Below, one piece after another: positions 47,853 to 61,500 of a stretch of DNA of 64,000 nucleotides. Source of the DNA: Sphyrna mokarran (lineage: Eukaryota); the NCBI GenBank assembly GCA_024679065.1, contig JAGIQG010000009.1, forward strand, positions 107,694,001 to 107,758,000, read 5' to 3'. The notes below the pieces were generated by a model. That model did not search any database. It saw only the letters and a program-made list of their open reading frames with translations, and was not told the origin of the DNA. The translations under genes and the position numbers were made by a program. Every line of letters starts with the position of its first letter. Position 1 is the stretch's first letter.

Positions 47853-49744
47853 AAAGCCTATATAAGAATACAGTTAATATTTAGAAAGAAAACAGCAATA
47901 CTGTTTACTAGTTACAAACAAAAAAAAAAACAAGATATTGTACAAACCTTAGCAACTAAGTGCACTGCTCTAACCAAACAAGTCCCTTAAACAAACACCA
48001 TTGCTGGAATTAGCACAGGAAGCTCTTACACTCACGTTTTGTTGTGGGATTTTGCAGCTTTCTTGACACACACCCACCAAGCTTGAAGTCAGAACAGTTT
48101 CCCAAAATACCAGACAGAGAAAGACAGAACACTGTATTCCAACCCGTAGTCAAAACATCTTCTACCCAGCCAGCAGCCAGAAGTGAAACAACGCTTGGAA
48201 GGTAAACTGTCCCACTTATACAGTCAATCATTCTTCCCACTGCAACTCAAAAAATTATAAACCCTCAGGAAGTGCATTAGGCCCAGAGTAAAAATAAACA
48301 AAACCCATTTAGGCAGCAAGAAATGGACATCTAATCAAGCAAAAAAAAATACAAAGCTGCAGAGAATATGGTTAAAATATACATTTGTTAATGACACAGT
48401 AGCACCTGATTCTACTTATAGCAGTCTACAAAATAATGAGGAGCAGATATAAGGGGATAGTCAATATCTTTTCCCAAAAGTAGGGGAGTCTAAAACTAGG
48501 TTTAAGGTGAGAGGGGAGAGACACAAAAAGGCCAGATGGACATTTTTTTCCACAGAGGGGTGAAGTGTCTGGAACAAGCTGCCAGAGGTAGTAATAGAGA
48601 CAGGTATAATTTAGACAGTTACATGGGTAAGATGGGCATAGCAGGATATGGGCCAAATGCAGGCAATTGGAACTAGCTTTGGGGTTTCAAAATGAAGGGA
48701 TGGCATGGATAAGATGGGCCAAAGGGCCAGTTTCAACACAGTAAACTTATGACACCAATCTGAGTCATAAACGAAATGAGTTTAATTTAAGAGTGGCTAT
48801 TATAAACTTATGTACAGGAAGCATTATTGCGTAATGGAACAGGCAACATATACCACGGGACAGTAGCATGACAACAGTTACCAATTTAAGTCTATCCTGT
48901 TCTTTAAAAACTAAATGTGTTTTGAATTTTTTTTGGCTAAAACTTAAACTATTCTTATTGCTCACCTTCCAGTTATCCATTGGCCCAGTTACATCCGAAA
49001 TTTGAGGCCTTCATTCCAGGCCCAAACTAATTAGGACTTCTTCACTCAACATCCCCTGCATGTCTTATACAGAACAAGATAGGATATGAACACGTAACAC
49101 TTGTGATATTAACACAAGACTATTAATCCAGAAACTCAGCTAGAGTTCTTGGGACGCTGGTTCAAATCCTGCCACAGCAGATGGTGGAATTCGAATTCAA
49201 TAAAAAATATCTGGAATTAAGATTCTACTGATGACCATGAAATTGTCATTTGTTGGAAAAAGCTCATCTGGTTCACTAGGGAAGGAAATCTGCTGACTCT
49301 GGTCTATGTGTGTCTCCAGAGTCAGAGCAATGTGGCTGACTCTCAATTGCCCTTGTGTCACAAGTAGGCTTATATGAACACACATCATGAATGTACTGCA
49401 AAAACCTCCTAGTCACTACACTCTGGTGCCTATTTGGGGGAGAATTTGACATGGCCAGTGCATCTAACCAGTATGTCTTTTGGACTGTGGGAGGAAATTG
49501 GAGCACCCAGAGGGAACCCGTGCAGATATGGAGAGAACCTGCAGATTTCACACAGAACAGTGACCCAAGTTGGGAATTGAACCTACGATCCTGGTGTTGT
49601 GAGGCAGCATGCTAACCTCTGTGTTACTCTATCACCCGAGACAGCCAGCAACATCCGTGTCCCATGAATGAATAAGTCCTTTAGCTGAAGTCTGCATACT
49701 CTGTAGCTCAGAGACATCATCAAAACATTTGGCCCAGCTTCCAG

Positions 49745-49860
49745 TTTCCATGCACGTGCATACAGGCGTGTGTAAAAATGTGTGCATGTATAAGTATGTT
49801 TGTGTACACATGCAAAGATATGTGTCTACATGCTGTACGCACGCATACGTGCGCGCGTAC
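49745..49860. repeat. Alternating purine-pyrimidine tract
   Basis: tgtgtgcatgtata..tacgcacgcatacgtgcgcgcgtac. Confidence 0.7.
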
Positions 49861-52800
49861 AACTGTGTTTTAGAAAAGGCAGCTTAAAAGCTGCACCACA
49901 TTCCCCAAGGGAAGGCCTGCTGTTTATCAGCTGATTCTCAATGTGAAGCAGCTGCTCACAACACACCCTCTGCCTAAGTCGACAGAAATAATAGACAGAC
50001 AATGGAAAGCAGGAGGAGAACTTGGCACACCACACACAATACCATTTAAACGCAGCCCTCCCCGAGCTCGACAGCAGTTAGGCAGCCACAGTCTGTCAAT
50101 CTGTCTCCCCTCAGTTTGAAAATCATTACCAACATGGTCATTACGCCGGACATTTCTTTGTTGCCGTGGAGCTCTAAGTGGCCTCCTTGCATCATTGCTG
50201 TATTGAAAAGTAAGCTCTCATTATTTCTTAAGATCTAAAGAAAGCCTCTCCCCCTCAATCCACAGACTTTAACAACACAACAAGTGCAGTAAGAAAATAA
50301 TTTTACATGGTGCGGTGAGTGATGTAATGTAGGATTCATGGTAGCCAGCCTTTCGCACAGCGAGATCCCCTAAACACATTTTAATAAGACCTTGTCTCTA
50401 ACCATGTGTACGCATCTTCATACGAGATCGGTTAAGACTATGCTTAATTAACCCTCTAACACCTTCCCTTCTCCCAGTTTTTCTTTTGAATAGCACCATC
50501 GGATCTATATATCTAACTGAGGGAGCAGTCAGAATCCCCGTGTAACATCTCATCTGAAAGCCAACAATTCAGCAAATGCAGTACTCTGGGAATCTGGAGT
50601 GCAGGAGTGGGACTTGAACCCAGGAACTTGGCCAAGTCAAGAGATGAGAATGCAACCCAGCTGAGCCACAGCTAACCCCATTACTCAGCTGTCTGAAGAA
50701 TCTTTAACCATCAGTGTTTGTGGGGGAAGGGAAGAGGGAGAACTTTGGGGTTGCCAATACTGGTACACAGAAGCTAGTCTACACTTCCCACTGCCCCAGG
50801 AAAGCACCCGAACACTCTCTCTTCTGTCAGGAAAAAGATACAAAAGCTTGAAGTCACGTACCAACTGAGCCAAGGACGGTTTCCTCCCTGCTGCCGTCAG
50901 ACTTTTGAATGGACGCTATCTTCTATTAAGCTGATCTTTCTCTACACCCTAGAAACGTAGGGTGACCGTAACATTACGTTCTGTAGCCCTTCCTTTCCTT
51001 CTCCCCTACATACTCTTAACATTGCAACATAAAAGAGAGGAGGAAGAGGAGGCCATTCGGCCCTTCGATCCTGCTCCGCCATTCATCACTGACGGTCCAA
51101 CTTAATAGCCTAATCCTGCTTTCTCCCCATAACCTTGATCCCGTTTATCTCGAGTGCTTTATCCAGTCACCTGTTCTATTCACATTCAGTGTTTTGGCAT
51201 CAACTACTTCCTGTGCTAATGAATTCCACAGGCTCGCTCCTCCTTAGGTGAAGAAATGTCTCTGTACAAAATAATTTACCTCAAATCCTCAGGCTGTGAT
51301 CCCTTGTTCTAGACAACCCCATCATCAGGAGCTTCCTTCCTGCATCTACCCTGTCCAATGCTGTTAGAATTTTATAAGCCTCTCACGAATAGTAAAGCTT
51401 TGTCTGCGTAGCACGTAAGAAACAATGCTTTTCAATGCATCCTAATACACATGACAATAATAAATCAAATCTGCACTCCAAGTGTGGCCTCACTCTGTAC
51501 AACTGCTCCCAAGTATCAGCCACTCATGAGAACCCCGCCTCCCCCGCAATTCAAGAGCGCTGAAGACAAAAACAAGGCAGTCTCCCCCTCTCGCAGAGAG
51601 AGGGGCTGATTTCTCTGCCTCTCACAGGGCTCCCTGATTGGATTCTGTGCACAAAGTTGATTTCCTTCGAGGGCCGGGTGCTGCTCCGCTAGAGTGCAGA
51701 AATGTAGTGTTTCAGTCAAAGCGTGTGAAGAAAGATCAATTTAGTGCGAGGTAGGCCCATTCAAAACTCTGACAGCAACAGGGGAGAAGCTGTTTTCTCG
51801 AGTCTTAACCTCAGACTTTTGGACGAACACAGGGAGCGATGGTTAGGACAATGTCAGCCGTTTATAAAACACTCTTCAATACAAATACAACTGTGTTTGT
51901 GTTGAGATACAGAATATCCAGGGCGATGCGCGGAACGTGCAGCTAAACAGCTTTTAACGATACTTCCTAGTCACACGGTACCCAAGGAGGGATCAGCCGA
52001 TAAATCACAGAATCTTCAATAAACACCAGGGTCTAATCGCCGTGCAAAGACCCATTTTGGGTCTTTATCTCCACTAGCAACCAGATAACCTGACTGGATT
52101 CCTGACTCCCCGTTACATGGACTGTACTGCATCAAACTTTTGCCTCCAAGAGCCTCACAACACTTCTCCAATACACACACTTGCTACAAAGTTGCTGATT
52201 AACAGAAGTGCTCCAACAACAGCTCAAGTTTTAAAATCATCATCCCAGCATTCAAATCCCAACCCCTCTCTTTTCTCCCACAGCCCCTTCTCAAGCCTCC
52301 TCCAGCCCAATTGCAGATCGAGATCAATGCAATCACGACTACTCCTCTCGTCAATTTTTACAGATGCACCATAAAAAGCACCCTTTCTGACTGTACCACA
52401 GCTTGGTATGGCTCCCGCTCTGGCCAAGAAATGACAAAAAGTTTTGAACGTAGCCCAGTCCGTCACGCAAGCCAGCCTCCTGTCCACTGACTCCGTCTAC
52501 ACTTCCCCACTGCTGCTTCAGGAAAGCAGCCAGCATAATCAAGGACCCCATTCCAACCCGGACATACTCTCTTCCACCACCTTCTGACAAAAAGCTGAGA
52601 ACATGCACCAAGAACTCCAAACTCAAGAACAGCTTCTTTCCTACTACCATCAGGCTTTTGAATGGATCTATCTCTGCACCCTAGCTGCAACAGTAATGCT
52701 ATGTTCTATATCCTCCCCTTTCCTTCTCCCCCATGTATTCTATGAGCAGCATAGAAGTCATAGAAACTATCAGTGCAGAAGCAGACCATCTGGCCCATCG

Positions 52801-55800
52801 AGTCTATACTGACAACAACCCCATCGAGGCCCTATCTCTGTATTCCCTCATACTTACCTCCCTCATCCCTCGAACCTATGCACCCTGCGAGAGGAAGGAA
52901 CAACTTAGTATGGCTAATGCACCTAACCCGCACATCTTTAGACTGCGGAAGGACACTGAAGCATCAGGAGAAAACTCATGCAGATATAGGGAGAACGTAC
53001 AAATTCCACATTCTCTGTATGGGTTCCCTCCACGTGCTCCCATTTCCTCCCACAGTCTGAAAGATGTGCTGGTTAGGTGCATGGGGAAAATTTAGCATGG
53101 CCAATGCTAAATTTTGCCTCAGTGTACCTGAACAGGCGCAGGAGTGTAGTGACTGGTGGATTTTCACAGTAACTTCATTGCAGTATTAATGAAAACCTAC
53201 TTGTGACTAATAAATAAACTTAATTCTGTCACTGGAATTCCCTCTCTCCATACCAAAATTTGAGGGGCCCCTTAAAACTCACCTCTTGGGCCACCCTCTC
53301 TTAACGTTCCCTGTAGTAGTCAGTGTTAAATATGATCTGGTGTAGCACATGGAATGCTTTGCTCTTCAGGCTGTTACTGCAGTGGCAACACAGGGTGGGG
53401 GAGGGGATGGCAGATGGTGTAAGCACAGATGCAGAGAACACATTGAGCATGACTCAAAACATCAGTGTGACTTCGAGCGCAGGACCAAACAAGGAGAGTT
53501 TCAGCTCTGACCGGGCTAAGGGTTGGTTAGCACAAAGGAATGGAAATTCTCCAATTCACATCAGCAGACAAACCTCCCCCCAGATCACTGCTAGTTCCAC
53601 CATACCCCAATCCAGTAATGTGCTACCCACTTGAAACTCCGAACGTGGATATATTGAGAAAACATAACAGTCGCAATCAATAGAATAAAAGCAGCACAGT
53701 GGTTAGCCCTGTTGCCTCACAGTGCCAGGAACCTGGGGTCGAGCTTACACATTTGCCCATATCTGCGTGGGCTTTCTCCGGGTGCTCCAGTTTCCTCCCA
53801 CAGTCCAGGGATGAGCAGCTCAGGTGGATTGGCCTTGCTAAATTTGCCCCTTAAATTTGGGGGATTAGCAGTGTAAATCTTGGGGTTACGGGATAAACCT
53901 GGGTAACCGTACAGACTCAATGGGGCAAATGGCCTCCGCATATTTATCTTGTCAGTCTCCCTGACGCTAAGGGGCAATTTAGCACCGACAATCTACCTAA
54001 CCAGCACATCTTTGGAGTGTGGGAGGAAATCCATACAGACATGGGGAAAATGTGCAAATTCCACACAGACAGTCACTCGAGGCCGGAATTGAACCTGGAT
54101 CCTTGCTGCTGTGAGGCAGCAGTGCTAACCACTGTACCATCATGAACTTAATTTCTTTTCTTAATTCTGAGGGAGTGTTAATAAGTAGATGAAAAATTCT
54201 AGAGCCTAGAGCAAGGGCACCAATGTGCAATAGGAGCGGAGGTAGGCCATTCGGCCCCTCAATCCTGCTCCACCATTCGAAGGTCACGCATGAACTGTGT
54301 GTGTTTCCTATTCTACACTCTCATCTATCTTCCTGCTGCTTTTGGGGCAGTGGCAGCTTTTGACTGGCCAGCATTTATTGCCCATCCCTAGTTGCCCTCG
54401 AGAAGGTGGTGGGGAGATACCTTCTTGAATCGCTGCAGTCCATGGGCTGTGGGTTGACCCAGTATGCTGTTAGGGAGGGAATTCCAGGATTTTGACCCAG
54501 CGACTGCGGGGGAACGGCAATAGATTTCTAAGTCAGGATGGCGAGTGGCTTGGAGGGGAACTTACAGGAAGTGGCACTCCCAAATATCTTAAAGTTTATT
54601 TATTAGTCACAAATAAATCTTACATTAACACTGCAATGAAATGACTGTGAGATCCCCCAGGTAGTTGTTGCAGTTGTTTCTTTTTTAGTGGCCCTGGGTT
54701 TGGAAGATGCTGCCTAAGGATCTTTAGTGAATCGCTCTTGTAGATACTGCTGCCACTGAGCATTGGTGGAGGGAGTGGATATGGTGCCAAACAAATGGGC
54801 TGCTTCGTCCTGGATAGTGTCAAGTTCCTCGAGTGTTGTTGGAGGAATGCAGAGTTTGAGGGTTGTGGGGCTGAAGGAGGCTAAAAGATGGGGAGGGAGA
54901 CATTGGACAGGAGACAGAAAATTTTAAGAATAATGTTTTTTTTTAAGTTTATTGATTAGCATCACAAGTAGGGTTACATTAACAATGCAATAATGTTACT
55001 ATGAAAATCCCCTAGTCGTCACACACTGGCGCTTGTTTGGGTACATTGAGGGGGAATTTAGCATGGCCAATGCATCTAAGCAACAAGTCTTCTGGATTGA
55101 GGGGGGAAACTGGAGGAAGAAATCCACGCAGACACAAGGAGAACGTACAGACTTCCCACAGCCCCAAGCCGGGAATCGAACACAGGTCCCTGTGAAGCAG
55201 TAAGTGCTAACCACTGCACCATCCCCTGGCCTTCTTAAATGCACCGCGAGTACAAGCAACGTAGTTCAGTTCAACTGAAATCCGACACCAAGCAAAGAAA
55301 AAAAAGTGTGAACAAAAGCAAAGGGAGTTTCCCCAATTCAGATCCTAGTAAATTTTAAATCGGTGTCTATAAAGGCACATTAGTGGATAAAGCCAGCAGA
55401 CGAATGAAAACTTAATCCCATCAGCTCAGTCAAGGTTGAAGACAACACCAGAGGTTAACACCTCACGTCCCCCAGCACCAAATTCTACACCTGGCATCCC
55501 GCCAAGTCTCACTTAAAATAGAAGCAGCTTGAACTTACACTGAAAAACAAGAGAGGATGCTGGAAATCTATACTCGAGAAAAGAATTCAGGAAGTAGATC
55601 GATCAACACCTGCGACGGCAGATGTTTCAGGCTGATGACCTTTCGTCCGAACTCGCTGGAAGGTCACCCGCCTGAAAATTTTAGCCCCATCGTCCTACAA
55701 ATCCCATCATGCCCTGGGTTTGGATGGAGGGCACCAACACTGTGTGATGGCAAATTGATTCACAGAAAGAATCCAGTAGCAGGATAAAGGCAATTCTGTT

Positions 55801-56904
55801 CGAATTATCCACACAGTAACCAATGGAGAAAACACTCAAGAGCCAACACTCCCATTGCTGAAGTCTTGCCGGTTTAGGGCAAATTCAGGATTACAATGTT
55901 GTCCACGATGGAATAATAGAAACGCAGAAAATAGATGCAGGAAAAGGCTATTCGGCCCTTCAAACCTGCTCCACCATTCATTATCATGGCTGATCATCCA
56001 ACTCAATAGCCTGATCTGATCTACTCTTGGATATCCTTTCATCCCCCTTCACCTCAAGTGCTGCATCTGACTGTTTCTTGGAAACCTTCAATGTTTTGGC
56101 CTCAACCGCTTCCTGTGGTAACGATTCCACAGATTCACCAGAAGAAGAAATTTCTCCTCGCTCTCTTCTAAATCATCTATCCTATACTCTCAGACTGAAC
56201 ACCCTTGTTCTGGATTCCCCCACTAAAAAGGAACTTCCTTCTCATACCTACTCTATTAGAAATAAAGTTTTGTATGAGATTCGCCCCATCACGGCAGTAT
56301 GGTGGCACAGTGACTGGTACCCTGCCTCGCAGCTCCAGGCACCTGGACTCGATTCCCAGCTTGGGTCACTGTCTGTGTGGAGGTTTCACATTCTCCCCAC
56401 ATCTGCATGGGCTTCCTCACAGTCCAAAGATGTGTGGGTTGGGTTGATTAGCTGAGCTAAATTGCCTCTTAATACTCGGGTATGTGTTGGTTAGAGGGAA
56501 TAGCAGGGTAAGTATGTAAGGTTATGGGGACAGGGCATGATGAGATTATGTTATCATTGCAGACTCGATGGGCCAAATGGCCTCTTTCTTCATTGTAGGG
56601 ATTCTTTGATTCTATGCTTCTGAATTTCAGTGACTATAATCCCAACAGACTCAATCTCTTCTCAAAGATCAGTCCTGCCATCCCAACAATCACCCTGGTA
56701 AATCTTCTCTGTTCTCCCTCTAGAAGAAGGGCATCCTTCTTCAGATAAGGAGATGAAAAGTACACACAATGTTCCTCTGAGGCTCTGTTGCAGACACCCC
56801 TGCTCCTGCATTCAAATAACCATGTACTCAGTACCACGGCTTACAAAGCTGGGGCAGCGCCAGTTAACCGCTTTGCTGGAGTTTGTGGCAATATTGTGCG
56901 GGGT

Positions 56905-57535
56905 TATAGAGTCATAGTCAGAGAGGTTTACAGCATGGAAACAGGTCCTTTGGCCCAACTTACCCATACTGCCCCTTCTTTTTAAAAAAAAAACCAGTAA
57001 GCTAGTCCCAATTGCCGCATTTGACCCATAACTCTCTATACCCATCTTATCCATGTGACTATCTAAATGCTTTTTAAAAGACAAAATTGTACTCACTTCT
57101 ACTACTGCCACTGGCAGCTCATTCCAGACACTCACCACTCTCTGTCCCTCTGGGCCCTTTTCTATCTCTTCCTTCTCACCTTACATCTATGCCCTCTAGT
57201 TTTAGACTCCTCTACCTTTGGGAAAAGATGCTGAACATCTAGCTGATCTATACCCCTCATCATTTTATAGACCTCTATAAGATCACCCCTCAGCCTCCTA
57301 CGCTCCAGAGAAAAAAGTCCCAGTCTATCCAACCTCTTCTTATTACTCAAACCATCAAGTCCCAGTAGCATCCTAGTAAATCTTTTCTGCATTCTTTCTA
57401 GTTTAATAATATCCTTTTTGTATTACGGTGACCAGAACTGTACACAGTATTCCAAATATGGCCGTGTACAACTTCAACAAGGTGTCCCAACTGCTGTATT
57501 CAATGTTCTGACCAACGAAACCAAGCATGCTGAAA
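56905..57535 (-). mobile_element. CR1/HER1-type LINE 3' fragment
   Basis: [53 protein letters not shown] peptide. Confidence 0.88.
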
Positions 57536-58309
57536 TCCCTTAAAGTTTAATGATTAGTTCCATGTAAGGCTCACATTAACACTGCAACGAAGTTACGAGA
57601 AATTCCCATGGTTCGGTGCCTGTTCGGGTCAATGCATCTAACCAGCACACCTTTCAGATTGTGGGAGGAAATTGGAATGCCCGGAGGAAACCCAAGCAGA
57701 GATGGGGAGAATGTGCAGACTCTACAAGATAGTGATCCAAGCTGAGAATCAAACCTAGGTCCCTGGTGCTGTGTGGCAGCACTGCCAATCACCGTGCCAC
57801 CACTCTGTCCACCTGTGACTCCACTTTCAAGGAGCTATGTAACTGTACCCCTGGATCTCTTTCTATAGTTCTATCAGTGGTGTGTCTTTAAACCGATGGC
57901 AGAGCAGAAAACGGATTACCCACCTTCACGTTCTGAATTTGAGTCCGAGTAAAGCAGGAGTGCAGGTGGCAAATGGGGAGACATGTCTGACCACAGGGCA
58001 GCAAAACCCATCATCAACTGCTGCTAGGGTACAGGAAGGGTTATAGAAGAACCAACTGGGAAGACTAAGGGGGCGAGAGATTCAGGACGGAAACGAGGAG
58101 GAATTATTTCCCTCAAATGTGCTGAACCTGTGAAATTCTCTACCCCAAAACAAACTGGAGCTTGGTAGAGAGGTTTATAATTAGTACGGGATGCAGGGTT
58201 AAGGGTAGCTGGCAGGAGGGTGGAGATGACTCTGAGATGAGATCAGCAACGATATCATTGAAGGGCAGAGCAATCTGAAGGGGCAAAAATCGCCCACCCC
58301 TGGCAGCAC

Positions 58310-58597
58310 ATTGGCATGGTGGTTAGCAGTGTTGCCTCACAGCGCCAGGGACCCGAGTTCGATTCCCAGCTTGGGTCACTATCTGTGCGGAGTTTGCATG
58401 TTGTCCCCATGTCTGCATGGGTTTTCTCCAGGTTCTCTTCCCATAGTGCAAAAGACGTGCTGGTTAAGGCGCATCGGCAAGACTACATTCTCCCTCAGCG
58501 TACCCGAACAGGTGCCGGAGTGTGGCAACTAGGGGATTTTCACAGTAACTTCATTGTGGTGTTAACGTATGCCTATTTGCAACACTAATAAGTAAAC
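58310..58597 (+). mobile_element. V-SINE with alternative AATAA-type tail
   Basis: Same structure as 11041-11345; also 61880-62152. Confidence 0.78.
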
Positions 58598-61500
58598 GTT
58601 AGTTCTTATGTTCACTTAATCACAGCCACCACCTTCCTGCCTCCAAATCCAATGTCAATAACACAAGTCTTTTAGAGAGCTGGGCACACACAAAAAATTT
58701 CACAGCTTGTTGCTTTCGGTTTGTATCATTGTTATGCATTCAGACTAGCTGAGTCAGGGAGCTCAGGGAATAAGCCACGCCTCACGGTTACAGGGGAGTT
58801 GGGAACATTTCCTTAATTGTGGTTGGAACGATGATGTGTTTTTTTTAAACGCTTTGTTGAATATTCATGTCGGTATCCAGCGGCACCCTCGTTACTCCGT
58901 GGAGCATGAACAAACTTGCAACTTTCACCTTCCCCTCCTTTCCAATGCATTGTAAAAGAGATTGCCTCACTCCACTCTCAGCAGGGGTAATGGACAGGTT
59001 GTCGATGAACTAAAATGCCCCGTTCCTAGAATCACACAATCCCTACAGTGCAGAAGGCGGCCATTCAGCCCATCAAGTCTCCACAGACCGGAATCCCACC
59101 CAAGCTCTATTCCCATGCATTTACCCTAGCGAGTCCCCCAACACACAAGGTGAAATTTAGCATGGCCAATCCACCTAACTGGCACATCATTGGAACTGGC
59201 ACAATCGCAGGAACCCAGAGGAAACCCACACAGACACGGGGAGAATGTGCAAACTCTTCACAAACGGGGTAGATGCAGACTGGGAATTGAACCTGGCGCT
59301 GTGAGGCATCAGTGCTAACCGTAACACCTGAGAAGTGTGAGATAATGCATTTTGAGAATACATTGGGAATATGGGTAGATGAAATGAGAGATCTTGGCGT
59401 ACATCGGTCCCTAAGGCAGCAGTTCAAGTAGACAAGGTTATAAAGAAACCATATGGAATGCTGTTCCTTCATTGGCAGAGGTACAGAATATAAAAAAGAA
59501 TATAATGTTGGAATTGCTATAAAACACTGGTGAGGCCAAAACTGGGAGTATTGTGGGCAGTTCTGGTCAGCGTGTTACTGGAAAGATGCAACTACTCTGG
59601 AGAGAGTGCAGATGAAGTTAACAAAAACATTGCGAGGGTTTGAAAAGTGCAGCCAAGGAGAGAATCAAACCCAAGTCACTGGCACTGGGGTAGTAATGCT
59701 AACCGCTCTGCCATTTGTTCTTGTCAGCCAACACCCCGAGATGGAGCCACATAGACAGCAACATAGCAGTAGTAGGCCACTCAGCCCTTCAAGCCTGTTC
59801 TGCCATTCGTTAAGTTCATGTCTGATCATCCATCTCAACAACTGGATGGGATTGTGGTCAAGCTTGCACTGACCACAATCCCACCCAGGCCCCTATCCTT
59901 TATCCTGCTAGTCTCTCTAACACTAAAGGTCAATTTACCATGACCAATCCAGCTAACCTGCATATCTTTGGAAACTGCAGCACTCGGAGGAAACCCATAC
60001 AAACACAGGGAAAATGTGCAAACGCCAGACAGTGGCCCAACGTGGAAGCAAACCTGGGTCCCTGGTGCTGAGAGGCAGCAGTGCTAACCACCGTGCACCC
60101 AGAAAGGTCCTTTATACCGAGAAACATTTTCTAATTTCATTCCTGAAAAGTCCAGGTCTAGTTTTTAAATTATGACCTGTAGTCCTAGATTTGCTAGCTG
60201 GAAGAAACGAGAACGGATGGAGAGAATGCTGTTTAATATCTTTTATAGATGTGCCATAGAAAGCATTCCTTCTGGTTGTATCACAGCTCCTGCTCTGCCC
60301 AAGACTGCAAGGAACTACAAAGGGTCACGAACATAGCCCAAACCATCACACAAACCAGCCTCCCCATCCACTGACTCTGTCAACAGTTCCTGCTGCCTCA
60401 GAAAAACCAGCCAGCGTAGTTAAGGACCCCACACATTCTCTATTCCGCATTCTTCCATCAGAAAAAAATACAAAAGTCTGATGTCACGTACTAACAAACT
60501 CAAGTACAGCTTCTTCCCTGCTGCTGTCAAACTTTTGAATGGACCTACCTTGTATTAAGTTGATCTTTCTCTACATTTTTGCTATGACTGTAACATTACA
60601 TTCTGCACGCTATTATTTCCTTCTCCATGAATGATATCCCTTGTCTGTATAGCGCGCAGGAAACAATTTTCACTATACTAATACATGTGACAAAAAATAC
60701 ATCAAAACCTATCCTTAAAACAGTGCAGCAGGGGCCATTCAGCCCATTGAGTCTGCACTGACCACAATCCCACCCAGGCCCTAGCACCATAAACTCACCT
60801 ACTTACCCTAGCTTGCTGCCCTGATACTAAAGGGCAATTTGGCATGGCTTACCAACATCATAGAGTCACTGCAGTGCAGAAGGAGGCCATTCATCCCATC
60901 AAGTCTGCACTGATTACAACCCCAGACTGACCCTATTCCTCTAACCTTAGATATTTAGCCTGCTAGTCCCTTTGACACTATCGGGCAATTTAGTACGGCC
61001 ATTCAACCTAACCCACATGTATTTGCACTGTGGGAGGAAATCCACGCAGACACGGGTAGAATGTGCAGACTCCACACCGACAGTGACCCAGGCAGGGATT
61101 CGAACCCTTGTCCCTGGTGCTAGAGGCAGCAGTGCTAACTACTGTGCCACCCAATGAGTTCAAGGGGTGAAGTGTTAACCCTTTCACAGCCTCCTTCCCA
61201 ATTTAATAATCCCCTATAGCTTGACTGAAGGGCATTTAACGCCATCAATTTCACTCACGATTGCCGAGCCTTAAGGTGATGGTGCAGTATTTAGCCTCAC
61301 AGCACCCAGTTTCAATGCCAGCCTCGGGTCACTATCTGTATCTGCATGGGTTTCCTCTGGGTGCTCCAGTTTCCTCCCACTGTCTATACATGTGCAGATT
61401 AGGTTGATTGGCCATGCTAAAATGACCCTTAGTGTCCCAAGATGTTCAGGGTGGGGGGATTAGCAGGCTAAATGTATAGGGTTATGTGGGTGGGGTTGTG

